The notes under the pieces: model-generated
The model's database searches: none
Told to the model about the DNA's origin: nothing
Seen by the model: the letters and a program-made list of their open reading frames with translations, nothing else
Source of the DNA: Candidatus Poribacteria bacterium
Lineage (GTDB): Bacteria; Poribacteria; WGA-4E; PCPOR2b
NCBI GenBank assembly: GCA_003635265.1
Contig: PYIZ01000009.1
Coordinates: 22,270-86,269 of the forward strand
Length of the DNA stretch: 64,000 bases
Direction: 5' to 3'
Made by a program: the position numbers and the translations under genes
Shown: one piece after another, positions 29,207 through 38,997 of the stretch
Layout of the letters: the number at the start of each line of letters is the position of its first letter
Numbering within the stretch: the first letter of the stretch is position 1

Positions 29207-30205
29207 TTACCGAGGTAAAGTGAGCAATGGTAGGCTGCGATTAGAGTAGTTGGATTTGATCCCGCCCCAGAGGATCGGAACTAGCCCTTGTGGTGAAACT
29301 GTTAGAAGTGGATGCCATTCATTAGGAGCGCCGTCACTATCGGGATGATCCGTCAATCGTATCAGTTGGCGATTATCAAGCCGGTAACGATAAATATTTT
29401 CATTACCATGGTTTCTGCCTAGAAAGAGTATGGATTTTCCATCAGCACCCCAAGCAGGACTACCGTCAATGCTTCGGGGTGGACGCACCCGCTGCCACCC
29501 AACTGCCTTTCCGCTCCCGTCTCGCGAAAGCGTGACGATAACTAAAATGGCATCGTCGCCTGCATCATCAAACGCTGCGAAATACATAATCCTCCTCCCA
29601 TCCGGCGACCATCCCGCTACAGACATCGGTCTAGGGATAGGCACTGAGATGACGCGCAGTTGATTTGCATCTGGATTGACTATCTGAATCACATCTGACT
29701 CTTCTGCCACTCCTTCAAAGGCAATCCATTTGCCGTCAGGGGACCATTTAGGACCCGATGCACGCAGCAAGCCTGGGATTTCCTCAACGTTTCCACCGGC
29801 CGTATCCATCACATAGATCCTACTAGAAGCGCCTCGACCGCTAAAAAAAATGATTCGTGTGCCGTTGGGGTGCCAGTGCGGGGCCGTATCCATTGCAGGG
29901 TGGTTCGTCAAGTTCCGTTGGTTACTTCCGTCAGCATCCATCAGGTAAATCTCCCCTTTCCCCTCATCCCTTTCAAATACAATCTGTCTCCCATTGGGGG
30001 ACCAAACCGGAGCGGTATCAGCCACTTTGTTGTGCGTCAGTCGCGTCTGATTGCCTCCATCCGAGTCCATTTTGTAGATTTCCCAATTCCCATCTCGGAA
30101 GGATGTAAAGACAATTTTGGCATGAAGGGGACCTGTGGCTGCCCAGAAGCAAAACACGAGCGTGTAAATCCGCATGGTGACTCCTCCGTTCAATAGCAGT
30201 AACAT
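29207..30205 (-). CDS. TolB-like WD40/PD40 beta-propeller protein (secreted)
   Basis: Signal peptide followed by repeated PD40 units (...P.WSPDG..I.F.S.RDG..EIY.MD.DG.N...T). Confidence 0.7.
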   Translation of the reverse strand: MLLLLNGGVTMRIYTLVFCFWAATGPLHAKIVFTSFRDGNWEIYKMDSDGGNQTRLTHNKVADTAPVWSPNGRQIVFERDEGKGEIYLMDADGSNQRNLTNHPAMDTAPHWHPNGTRIIFFSGRGASSRIYVMDTAGGNVEEIPGLLRASGPKWSPDGKWIAFEGVAEESDVIQIVNPDANQLRVISVPIPRPMSVAGWSPDGRRIMYFAAFDDAGDDAILVIVTLSRDGSGKAVGWQRVRPPRSIDGSPAWGADGKSILFLGRNHGNENIYRYRLDNRQLIRLTDHPDSDGAPNEWHPLLTVSPQGLVPILWGGIKSNYSNRSLPLLTLPR

Positions 30206-30555
30206 AAATTGCTAGACAACCTATAGGTCGAGTTTTCATACCCGACATTCATTTTAGAAACAACCAAATTTACGATACGCCTGTCGCCTCTCAGGGGCTT
30301 TATAGATCGGGCAAGTCTGAGAGAATCCCGTGATCGGGGCTGCCCGACCTACAAAGAGAGGATATTGTTGGGTTTCACGGTTCTCCGTTCAACCCAACCT
30401 ACGTGCCTGTGTCGTAGTTTGCATAAGGGTTACGGCATACGGAGTATGCCTACTACTAGGAACTCGCGTTAGTAATGGTATCAGATTTTGCGGTTACAAA
30501 ATATGTTTGTTCAGCATTTGTATACTTCTGCGTTGATTCGATCGTCACAGAAGCT

Positions 30556-31731
30556 CTAATCCGGTAACGGCTCTAGTGATGCACCGATAGGACGCGGTCC
30601 CGTTGGACGCCAAGGAATCGAATCGTAGGAGCGGTATGCAATATCAAGATGCGGTGTTTCGAGACGGATATAGCCTTGATGGCGTGAATCCAAAGCGGCT
30701 TCCAACACACCCGACGTAAGCAGTGTCCGCTCGACTGGATAGGTTGGCACTCCGGTGACGAACATCTCTTCGATGTTCAAACTGAGATAGCTGAAGTGGG
30801 GATGTGGATCTCCGTGTAGATAGAATTCTGAGCCGTAGATCTCACCATCAACCCTTGCTGCGTAAGCCAAGTCCGTTACATAGCCATTTAGCATTAGGGC
30901 GGCGCCGCGAAATCCGTCCCGATATTCTAGAAGGAAAAGCGCGGGATTTTCGCAGTGATCCTCCATGGCTCCAGAAGGTTTATTCTCAATTGGCGCACAA
31001 GCAGCTTCCGCGAGCTCTCGCCACCATGCTCCCGCTTTCCCTGCTTCCCATACCGCATCACCTTCCAAGCAGGTCACGGCTGCGACACCGGTTTCTCCAC
31101 CAACGCGCCGTTCGATCATACACTGAAGCGTTTCCAGCGTATGAAAACCGTAAATGTCCAGTCCCGAATAGCCGATTGAGACAGCCTCTGTGATTGGCGC
31201 GTCTAACGGGTGCTCCAACCACGGGTTTCGATAACCGAAAGGCAGCGATGAGCCCGCCATAAACGGGGCACCGAGCTGCGCCGCACGGTCAAACATCCAT
31301 TTGGCATCGCGCCAATTATAGGACAGGTGTTTGTCATTAAAGACGGGGACACCTCTACCACTTGTGGAAAAAACGCCGCAGATCTGCTCCATGAAGTATT
31401 TGCGCGGATAGAGTTGCTGATCTTTTTCGTTCCAAGCGTAGTCGCCGTGTTCTCCGATCAGGAGGACACCATCGACAGCAAGTTCGCTTCCACCGAGCGT
31501 CAACGCCTTGACGATACTCGGATAGATCGGCACGTTATGTGCTGCGGCGAACCCACGACTCAGATCGTTTTCGGGGAACTGATCGACGTACATCGACGCA
31601 ATTTCAATACGTGGTTGAATCAGCCCATCGTCTGTGGGAATCCCTTTCAGGAACTTGGTGACAATTACATCGGCGTGCGACCCCGGACGGTACTCGGTGA
31701 TGATTGCTGCAATCTTTTTGCGCTCAGACAT
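30556..31731 (-). CDS. Hypothetical 391-aa protein
   Basis: Uninterrupted ORF with an RBS-like upstream sequence and no recognised motif. Separated by 14 bp from the downstream Zn-ADH gene, so probably one operon. Confidence 0.3.
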   Translation of the reverse strand: MSERKKIAAIITEYRPGSHADVIVTKFLKGIPTDDGLIQPRIEIASMYVDQFPENDLSRGFAAAHNVPIYPSIVKALTLGGSELAVDGVLLIGEHGDYAWNEKDQQLYPRKYFMEQICGVFSTSGRGVPVFNDKHLSYNWRDAKWMFDRAAQLGAPFMAGSSLPFGYRNPWLEHPLDAPITEAVSIGYSGLDIYGFHTLETLQCMIERRVGGETGVAAVTCLEGDAVWEAGKAGAWWRELAEAACAPIENKPSGAMEDHCENPALFLLEYRDGFRGAALMLNGYVTDLAYAARVDGEIYGSEFYLHGDPHPHFSYLSLNIEEMFVTGVPTYPVERTLLTSGVLEAALDSRHQGYIRLETPHLDIAYRSYDSIPWRPTGPRPIGASLEPLPD

Positions 31732-31745
31732 TTTGCTACCTCCTT

Positions 31746-32843
31746 TTACGTCTCATAAACCACACCTAGCTTAATGCTCTTCTCCGGTGCTTCATCGATG
31801 TCACGATAGGCTTCTGCCGACTCATCAAACGGGACAATTGGGTGAACCAAGCCTTCGACCGAAAGACGCCCCTCCTGCAACAGTGCGAATACCTCTGTAT
31901 GCAGCCGCGGGGTGTCCCACAAAGGGTGACCGGGGACGGGTTGGCTCACATCACGGGTCGAAATCATCGTCAACCGATTTCGATGCCATTCCCCTTCAAG
32001 ACTTAATGCGCGGGCATCTCCTGTGTAATACGCCGAGGACACGATGGTGCCCATGTAACCTGTCGCTCGCAGCGCATCGTTCAATGCACCATAAATGCCA
32101 CTTGTTTCTAGGGAGACATCAACGCCAACTTTGTCTGTTAGGTCTTTGATAACCAGTCCAGCGTCATCGGCAATTGGATCGATGACTACATCTGCTCCGT
32201 GCTGCTTAGCGAGCTCACGGCGGACCGGAATCGGGTCGGTTGCAGCAACCCACCGTGCCCCTTGAAGCCGTGCAATCTGCACTGCCATCTGTCCAATTGC
32301 GCCAAGCCCAAACACCGCCACACGATCGCCGAGACCGATTTTGGCATCCCGCACCGGACTGAGTGCGACACCTGCGGGATCTGAATACACGATAGCTTCG
32401 GCTGACATCTTATCCGGGGCTTCGTCTAAACGTTCTTCGTGGACGGTGTGTGTTTCGCGGATAGGCAGATGTCCGAAAACACGATCCCCTATCTGGAAAC
32501 GTGTGACGCCTTCGCCGACTTCAATCACTTCGCCGACCGTCATGTTACCTAGCCGTGACGGGAATTTCGGGGGACCCCCTTCTCCGCCCCCGATTTCATC
32601 GGGATTGAGAGCAACATGCATCCGTCGTTCCCACTCAAAAGGGGAGGTGTGATCCTTCGTTTCAGCGCGATAGCCGCGAAGCTCCGATCCGTGCTTGGGA
32701 GCGGAAAAGATACTTCGTAGCCGCACTTCTCCGGGGTTAAGCGACGGCTCCTCGTATTCACGAAGCACAGGTGTCCGTGGTGCAACAGCAATGAGTTCTC
32801 TGGGCATTTTTGAATCCTTTTGAATTGTGTCAAAGCACGCCAC
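31746..32843 (-). CDS. Zinc-dependent medium-chain alcohol dehydrogenase / MDR-family oxidoreductase
   Basis: GHE-like zinc region (VFGHLP) and Rossmann VFGLGAIGQMAVQIARLQGA. About 350 aa. Confidence 0.75.
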   Translation of the reverse strand: MACFDTIQKDSKMPRELIAVAPRTPVLREYEEPSLNPGEVRLRSIFSAPKHGSELRGYRAETKDHTSPFEWERRMHVALNPDEIGGGEGGPPKFPSRLGNMTVGEVIEVGEGVTRFQIGDRVFGHLPIRETHTVHEERLDEAPDKMSAEAIVYSDPAGVALSPVRDAKIGLGDRVAVFGLGAIGQMAVQIARLQGARWVAATDPIPVRRELAKQHGADVVIDPIADDAGLVIKDLTDKVGVDVSLETSGIYGALNDALRATGYMGTIVSSAYYTGDARALSLEGEWHRNRLTMISTRDVSQPVPGHPLWDTPRLHTEVFALLQEGRLSVEGLVHPIVPFDESAEAYRDIDEAPEKSIKLGVVYET

Positions 32844-33092
32844 ATCCCTCTCTGCATCAATTTTCTGTATGGGTCTGGCAACGTGCGCTGTCCAAGGATA
32901 GAAACCGATTGAGATAAGTGGATATGAATCCCGATTTATTGGGACAAATCCCGCTCTTTCGATGAGAGCAAGAGTCTGATTTTGGGGCTATAAGTAAACG
33001 ATCTTCATTATAGTTATTACGTGGCTGGTTGTCAACGGAATTGGCTCTATTCGACCAGAAATCTACGTAGAATTTGTAATGCCACTTTGGAA

Positions 33093-33126
33093 TTGACCCT
33101 ATATTTGGGACGTGGTAAGATATAAT
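33093..33126 (+). promoter_or_regulatory. Sigma70-type promoter for the MFS transporter gene
   Basis: TTGACC, 17-bp spacer, TAAGAT immediately followed by TATAAT. About 60 bp upstream of the start. Confidence 0.5.
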
Positions 33127-33186
33127 TTGAAGTTGCGAATAAAGGTGATTGTCAGCAACTGAAGTTTAAGTACATAATGCCAAAAT

Positions 33187-34497
33187 GTGGCACGGTTTGA
33201 ATTGCCCCGAGTCCAGTTCTTAACGAAAGGGTCTATGTCTATATCAACAATTCCTCGTTCGGTGCAGCAGCGCATAACGGCAACATTGTTCATTTCGCAG
33301 AGTTTATTCAGTGCATCAATGATTTTGTCGTTTACACTTTTGCCGATTATTTCTGCACACCTAGGTGGGACAGATCGTGCTGCAGGGTTACCACCCACAA
33401 TGATGATGTTGGGACGGGCCGTCGCTGCCTACCCTGTGGGCTGGCTTATGGACCACATAGGGCGGCGGTTGGGTCTAGCACTGGGGTATTTATTTACTGC
33501 AGCCGGATCAGTGCTTTGCGTGCTATCAATAAGCATGTGGGAGTCGTTACCATGGCTCTGTGCCGGTGTGTTGTTAATGGGTATGGGACGCGGGGTAAGT
33601 GAACAAGCGCGTTTTATTGCGGCTGAAGTCTATCACCCGATCAAACGCGCGGGAGTGATTGGTCTTATTGTTTTCGCAGGGACTATAGGTGCCGTGGGTG
33701 GTCCGCTGCTGGTAGCTCCTTCGACTTGGCTGGCGACCTCCTTTGGCTTGCATGCCCACGCTGGTCCTTATATGGTATCGGTAGTACTAGCTACCCTTGC
33801 GCTAATGCTGACCGCTCTCTTATTATACCCAGATCCCATGAAAATAGGAAGGACGTTATCGGGAGCCCTGAGCGGGGTAGACGAGAAGAACACTGGGCGC
33901 AAGTTGTGGCGAATTTTTATTGACAGAACAGTGAGACTTGGTGTGGCAGCGATGATAATTGGTCAGTTCGTTATGACGCTAATTATGGTGATTACACCGC
34001 TGCATATGAATCATCATGCTCATGGAGAACAGGCGATTTCGTGGGTGATAATGGCGCATACTTTGGGGATGTACGGACTTTCGAGTTTGACGAGCCGTCT
34101 GACAGACCGTTTAGGTCCGGTCCTAATAATAGTCGTCGGTGCATTGATACTGGGTGCTTCCGCCGTGCTAACACCGATTTCCAATTTAGACGCTTTACAA
34201 CTGACAAGACTCGAACAAGTTTCTATGCTTGCTTTTAGTCTATTTCTTCTGGGGCTGGGTTGGAATTTCTGTTTTATCGCGGGATCTGCACTGTTTTTCA
34301 GCGGTCTATTGCCTGTCGAACGCGGTCGGGCACAGGGTGCTAGTGAGATGATGGTGGCTTTGGCGGCGGGAGCAGGTAGTTTGGGAACAGGTGCAGTGTT
34401 TGCGGAAGCAGGAATTGTAGCGGTGAGCGCAATGGGACTTGCCTTTTCACTGGTGCTAATTGTAGCATCGGTTTGGCGGTTGTTCACAATGAGATGA
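33187..34497 (+). CDS. MFS transporter (12 TM)
   Basis: 436 aa with alternating hydrophobic helices and the MFS loop motif GRxxDRxGRR-like (MDHIGRRLG). Confidence 0.85.
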   Translation: MARFELPRVQFLTKGSMSISTIPRSVQQRITATLFISQSLFSASMILSFTLLPIISAHLGGTDRAAGLPPTMMMLGRAVAAYPVGWLMDHIGRRLGLALGYLFTAAGSVLCVLSISMWESLPWLCAGVLLMGMGRGVSEQARFIAAEVYHPIKRAGVIGLIVFAGTIGAVGGPLLVAPSTWLATSFGLHAHAGPYMVSVVLATLALMLTALLLYPDPMKIGRTLSGALSGVDEKNTGRKLWRIFIDRTVRLGVAAMIIGQFVMTLIMVITPLHMNHHAHGEQAISWVIMAHTLGMYGLSSLTSRLTDRLGPVLIIVVGALILGASAVLTPISNLDALQLTRLEQVSMLAFSLFLLGLGWNFCFIAGSALFFSGLLPVERGRAQGASEMMVALAAGAGSLGTGAVFAEAGIVAVSAMGLAFSLVLIVASVWRLFTMR

Positions 34498-34499
34498 TA

Positions 34500-34795
34500 A
34501 GAGCGTGAAACGTGATGCCCCGATAAATCCCCGATAAATCGGGACAGGCGGGACAGGCTGTAAAATCCCGTTCCGAGGATCTCCCGATTTCATCGAGGAT
34601 TCTCGGCAAAGCCGGAACCGATCCATCGGGACGTGACAACATTGGTTTATTGAGGCAGCGGCAAGGAACAACGATCCTCCGGTCTGTGACCGAGAGTCCG
34701 ATCCCGATTTTTCCCGATTCTCGGGATCCTCGATGAAATCGGGACAAGGACTCCGATGAATCGGAGGAGTTGTTCCCTACGGTTTTTTAACATGA
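34500..34795. repeat. Cluster of REP-like palindromes (CCCGAT-NN-ATCGGGAC units) arranged as a MITE-like 200-bp imperfect palindrome
   Basis: Tandem CCCGATAAAT CCCCGATAAATCGGGAC at 34515-34550. Perfect 19-bp inverted repeat TCCCGATTTCATCGAGGAT (34582-34600) / ATCCTCGATGAAATCGGGA (34726-34744). Outer GGAACAAC / GTTGTTCC arms. Confidence 0.7.
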
Positions 34796-34818
34796 GTCAA
34801 AATATAATGGAGGAAACG

Positions 34819-35118
34819 ATGATTGGCGTATTAACTCACCATTGGGCAAATGAGGAACAATTTGATGAGGCTCGCGAACTCTTAGACCGCAATGGGCTAG
34901 CACAGAGCAAAGCCCCCGGATTCATTAGTCGGATAACACTTGTATCCACCACCGATCCAACAAAAATAACCTCGTTGGTGACTTGGGAGAGCAATGAGAT
35001 CTACGACGCTTGGCGCGCCTCTCCGGAGCGGGCAGCCATCATGGGTGGCGCATCGGTATTGTGGTCGCAGCCCACGGAGTCAGAACGGTTTGAAGTTGTA
35101 GGTACGTTAGAGAAGTGA
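34819..35118 (+). CDS. Antibiotic-biosynthesis-monooxygenase (ABM/Dabb) domain protein
   Basis: About 100 aa ferredoxin-like domain (MIGVLTHHW...FISRITLVSTTD...VTWESNEIYDAW...). The ORF opens at 34756 inside the repeat; ATG 34819 is preferred. Confidence 0.55.
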   Translation: MIGVLTHHWANEEQFDEARELLDRNGLAQSKAPGFISRITLVSTTDPTKITSLVTWESNEIYDAWRASPERAAIMGGASVLWSQPTESERFEVVGTLEK

Positions 35119-35152
35119 TTCTCAGATGAGGAAGCGATAAGTAGATTTTAGT

Positions 35153-35310
35153 TAGAACTTACGCAGCTGAACGGTGAGATGTCGTAATTCAATGTTTCAT
35201 CGCCAATGCGGGGCAAGATGCCCCGCCTACGATGGTTGTGGATTCTGAACATACCCTTCGACACCCAATGAATTGCGCTACTACAAACTCAAGTGCGTAA
35301 GTCCTATTAG
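35153..35310. repeat. Composite intergenic repeat, copy C (full length)
   Basis: AGAACTTACGCAGCTGAACGGTGAG...CATCGCCAATGCGGGGCAAGATGCCCCGCCTACGATGG...CTGAACAT...CTACAAACTCAAGTGCGTAAGTCCTAT. Contains the hairpin GCGGGGCAAGATGCCCCGC. Confidence 0.8.
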
Positions 35311-35392
35311 TGATATTTATGTCTTTCGACAAAGAAATTGTGGATACCTATAGTGGTTCTGGAGATCGAGGCTGCCACAGGAATCCTTGGAA

Positions 35393-36607
35393 CTACTCGA
35401 CAAACGAGCCTTCCTGCTGCACTCTGTCATAGATTCGGGCAAATTCCTCAGAGCCATTGTCGTCCCAAAGTTCCTGCCTCAGACCCCGGATAGTACCTTC
35501 CTCTCGCCCTGTGAGTCGGCTCACCGAAGCGAAAGACGGGGTATAAATCTTATGCCCGCCGGGCATGTGCAGTATACCAACATGCTTAGGGATCTCCGTC
35601 GGCTGGTTTGCTGCTACCCGCGCTAGAGCATCTTCGTCCACCTCAATCCCCAGTCCGGGACCTTCAGGGACGGGAGAAAATCCTTCGATTATCGGAATCC
35701 GTTCTGTGACGATGTCTTCCTCATATTGGTCATCGAGATTTACCGTGTGACCTGTCATTGTGGGCAGAACAGCACCCATGTGCAGTGCTAACGCCTTGGT
35801 AAGCGTGCCACCTGTCAACTGTATAATCACCTGAAGGTTTGCCTTCCCACACGCAAAACCCCGAATCAGGCTATCGCCGATGCCACTCTCGCCAACCATA
35901 TAGGCATCTGCAAGTCCGTGGATAATTTCCTGTACACCGCCGAGTTGTGGGGCGTGCATGACAATTGGGAGACGGCTCTGTTCCCGTAACCGCCGCCAAC
36001 TGTCTATATCGTTCCGTACAATTGGATCCTCAATGAAACCGACGATGGGGTGGTTCTCCAATTCTCGCACGATAGGTAGCACTGCTGCCAAGCTGCGATT
36101 GCTGTTGAAGTCGTAGTGAATCTTAAATCCTTCCGGTGCCACCTCCTCTGCTAATCGTGTTTGTTCCATCACGTCATAGTATTCGCAGGTGTGCATCTTA
36201 AAGGTCATATACCCTTGGTCTACTGCCCGCTGGATTTCGTCACGGAATACTTCTGGTGCTGCGGGTCTCGTCCATGCGGCGACGGAAATCGCGTCGCGCA
36301 CTTTCTGTCCCATCAGCTTGTAGGCAGGGATCTCTAAGTGTTTTCCCATCACATCGTAGAGGGCACCGCACAACCCTATATTCAAATTGTTGTTGATGAA
36401 GTCGAAAGGGTTACGGTCGATGAGCGGTTCGACGCTTGATTGATCAGGTGCTGAACAGCGATAGTCGCCATAGCCGACCAATCCGTTGTCTGTGTGCACT
36501 TTGAAAATCGTGCGGTGGTTAATAGCCGAAAATCGTGCTTGATGATCTGTATTGCGTGCGGGGATACGTGGATAAATCGGGATAATCTCAATGTCTGTGA
36601 TTTTCAT
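35393..36607 (-). CDS. Enolase-superfamily enzyme (mandelate racemase / muconate-lactonizing family)
   Basis: MKITDIEIIPI...VHTDNGLVGYG N-terminal capping domain. Metal-ligand acid residues in the barrel (KMH..DFN.., EDP). An extended C-terminal tail. Confidence 0.7.
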   Translation of the reverse strand: MKITDIEIIPIYPRIPARNTDHQARFSAINHRTIFKVHTDNGLVGYGDYRCSAPDQSSVEPLIDRNPFDFINNNLNIGLCGALYDVMGKHLEIPAYKLMGQKVRDAISVAAWTRPAAPEVFRDEIQRAVDQGYMTFKMHTCEYYDVMEQTRLAEEVAPEGFKIHYDFNSNRSLAAVLPIVRELENHPIVGFIEDPIVRNDIDSWRRLREQSRLPIVMHAPQLGGVQEIIHGLADAYMVGESGIGDSLIRGFACGKANLQVIIQLTGGTLTKALALHMGAVLPTMTGHTVNLDDQYEEDIVTERIPIIEGFSPVPEGPGLGIEVDEDALARVAANQPTEIPKHVGILHMPGGHKIYTPSFASVSRLTGREEGTIRGLRQELWDDNGSEEFARIYDRVQQEGSFVE

Positions 36608-36798
36608 AATCTGAACTCCAATCGTGTTGGACAAATCGGTGCGCGGCGTTGCGTCCGAGTTAGATGAATTCTTTAATCTGTTGCATATCCACAGGGGGTT
36701 GTGCAACAGCTACCGATGAAACCCTCATCAGCTTTCAGCTATGACAATTCTGTGATAATTATTGCACTCAAAGCTGGTAAAGTCAAGTGCCTTTTCGC

Positions 36799-36827
36799 TT
36801 GAGAGTTCTCCGTTGCTTTGCTATAAT
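36799..36827 (+). promoter_or_regulatory. Near-consensus sigma70 promoter for the PaaK-like ligase gene
   Basis: TTGAGA, 17 bp, TATAAT. About 100 bp upstream of ATG 36930. Confidence 0.55.
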
Positions 36828-36929
36828 CAAAGGTTTAGAATCACAACCCAAATCCTTCGCAGTTGAGGTTACAGGTTTTGACCTTGAAAAGGGTGTAAAT
36901 CCTTACAACGATTTGAAGATAGACGTGTC

Positions 36930-38294
36930 ATGGAGGAGAAGATGAGACGCGATCCCCCGATTTTTTATGATCATAAAATCGAAACCATGTCGAGAAACGA
37001 CTTGGATGCGTTACAACTTACAAGACTCAAATGGCAGGTCGATCGATGCTATCGCCGGAGTGATTTTTACCGAGAACGTTTCGATGCAGCGGGTGTATCG
37101 GCTACAGATATCAAAACCGTAGATGATATCCGCAAGTTCCCTTTTGTCCAAAAGGAGGAGTTACGCGAGGAGCAGGCACAGCATCCGTTTTTGGGGAGGT
37201 TTACCGTTGCACCGGAGGCAGCGTTCCGAGAGGTGCACCCAAGCACCGGAACCACAGGTACGCCTGTCAACACAATTTGGGGTGCGACAGATGTGCAATA
37301 CATCACAGAAGTGACAGCCAGAACACTATGGAGTATCGGTGTCCGTCCGGGGGATGTTTTGCAAAATGCTTTTGCGTATGGGCTTTGGGTGGCGGGGTTA
37401 GCCGTGCACTATGCCGGGGCAAAAATCGGCTGCCTAGTAATTCCAATCGGCGCAGCGTTGACCGAAAGACAAATTGATTACATGGTGCGTCTCAAGAGCA
37501 CTGTTCTCGTTGCCACTCCTTCTTATGCCATCTATCTTGCTGAACAACTGAAAGCGCATAATTATAGTATCTCGGATATCAATCTCCGAATTGGCTGCTT
37601 TGGTGGGGAGCCGGGCACAGAGGTGCCAGCGACGCGTCGAACCATCGAGAGCGGACTCGGCATTGACGCCTACGACTACTACGGACTCGCCGAAATTGGT
37701 CCTACGTTTGCCAGTGAATGCACTTACAAAGCGGGGTTACATTGGAGTGAGGACCTACATTTGATCGAAGTAATTGATCCCGAAACGCAAGAACCCGTCC
37801 CGGAGGGAGAAGTAGGGGTTCTCGTTATCACACACCTTGAGCGGCGTGCCACGCCAATGATTCGGTACTGGACAAATGACCTCGTGCGGCTTGACCGATC
37901 CCCGTGTCCGTGTGGACGCACCCATGCCCGGTCTCCTGAAGGCATCTTGGGTAGGGCGGACGATATGATTGTCTTCATGGGTGTCAACTTTTATCCGATA
38001 CAGGTGGAGCAGGTGGTGCGTTCCTTTGAAGAACTGAGTCCCGAATACCGTATTCGGTTGACGCATGACACCTCAACACATCGGGATATCTGTACTATTT
38101 CGGTCGAGTTGGAACAGAAGAAAATGCTTCAGGAACAGGTGTCAATCCTTCAGGTAAGAACTGCAAACGCGCTTCGGGAGGCGTTGGGTTTTCGACCTGT
38201 GGTAGAATTTGTTGATCAAGGAAGCCTAGAACGCACGGAATTTAAGGCGAAGCGGGTGATAGAAGAGAGACCCGCATTTGCCAAGAAGTTGTAA
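36930..38294 (+). CDS. Phenylacetate-CoA ligase-like adenylate-forming enzyme (PaaK / F390-synthetase family)
   Basis: 454 aa. SSGTTG-equivalent PSTGTTGTPV P-loop, YGLAE...GEPG, and a C-terminal ACT-like tail typical of PaaK-type ligases. Confidence 0.8.
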   Translation: MEEKMRRDPPIFYDHKIETMSRNDLDALQLTRLKWQVDRCYRRSDFYRERFDAAGVSATDIKTVDDIRKFPFVQKEELREEQAQHPFLGRFTVAPEAAFREVHPSTGTTGTPVNTIWGATDVQYITEVTARTLWSIGVRPGDVLQNAFAYGLWVAGLAVHYAGAKIGCLVIPIGAALTERQIDYMVRLKSTVLVATPSYAIYLAEQLKAHNYSISDINLRIGCFGGEPGTEVPATRRTIESGLGIDAYDYYGLAEIGPTFASECTYKAGLHWSEDLHLIEVIDPETQEPVPEGEVGVLVITHLERRATPMIRYWTNDLVRLDRSPCPCGRTHARSPEGILGRADDMIVFMGVNFYPIQVEQVVRSFEELSPEYRIRLTHDTSTHRDICTISVELEQKKMLQEQVSILQVRTANALREALGFRPVVEFVDQGSLERTEFKAKRVIEERPAFAKKL

Positions 38295-38321
38295 CACTTT
38301 TCGGTTAGGTTCATATAAAAA

Positions 38322-38385
38322 GAAAGTGCAAAACGATAAGACCGTGAAACGTGAAAACTATTGGTTCATTAGTTCATTTACAGGA
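38322..38385 (+). repeat. Conserved 60-bp leader motif, copy 1 (AAAGAAAGTGCAAAACGA...CGTGAAACGTGAAAAC...TTGGTTCATTAGTT)
   Basis: Near-identical to 41467-41525. Related cores at 57135-57180, 62171-62230 and 34503-34517. Immediately upstream of the cupin gene RBS. Confidence 0.7.
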
Positions 38386-38400
38386 GGTTTGAGAACAATA

Positions 38401-38751
38401 ATGAAAATAACCCGTCTCTATACTGGCTCCGATGGCGAGTCCCATTTTGAGGATATGGAGATTCCTCTTGAAGATAGCGGTGACATTGGCAAAATGTCAC
38501 AACTTCAAGATGCGAGAGGGATCATTTTTCGGGAAACTGGTCCCAACTATGACTATGATTGGCATACCGTTCCACAAAGACAATACGTCATAACGTTAAG
38601 TGGTGCGGTTGACATTGAGGTGGGTGATGGGACGACAAGGCGCTTTGGTCCTGGGGATATCCTCTTGGCGGAGGACACTACCGGCAAAGGGCATCGGAGC
38701 CGGGCAGTCAACGCCCAACCAAGGAAGAGTATTTTTGTGACGCTAGATTGA
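38401..38751 (+). CDS. Small cupin-domain protein
   Basis: 116 aa. Conserved cupin beta-barrel pattern (ITLSGAVDIEVGDG...FGPGDILL). The ORF opens at 38278, but a strong RBS AGGAGG precedes ATG 38401. Confidence 0.55.
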   Translation: MKITRLYTGSDGESHFEDMEIPLEDSGDIGKMSQLQDARGIIFRETGPNYDYDWHTVPQRQYVITLSGAVDIEVGDGTTRRFGPGDILLAEDTTGKGHRSRAVNAQPRKSIFVTLD

Positions 38752-38997
38752 GATATTGGTGAATTAAAAAAAGGAACCAAATCGGCAATACCCACGTTGT
38801 ATATTAGGCTATGCTCTATTCAAATTGCAACCTTTCACTTGCTTTGTTCGTTTTTATTTGCGAATTATCCGAAGCCTTATCCGGCTATTGTTGAAAGCCG
38901 AAAAGGGAAACAGGTTTCTGAATTAAGGATTGTACTTGCCCGTCGATGGAGAAGATTAAGCCTAAACTAGTACTTAATACTTAGGAGTCGAAGGAAA

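Noticed and set aside
30240-30560. Possible tRNA or ncRNA in the 350-bp gap between the TolB-like gene and the 391-aa hypothetical
   Set aside because: No GTTCGAATC T-loop or cloverleaf-compatible stems found by eye. Left uncalled.
34020-34487. 155-aa minus-strand ORF
   Set aside because: Antisense to the MFS transporter. Its hydrophobicity mirrors the TM codons of the sense gene.
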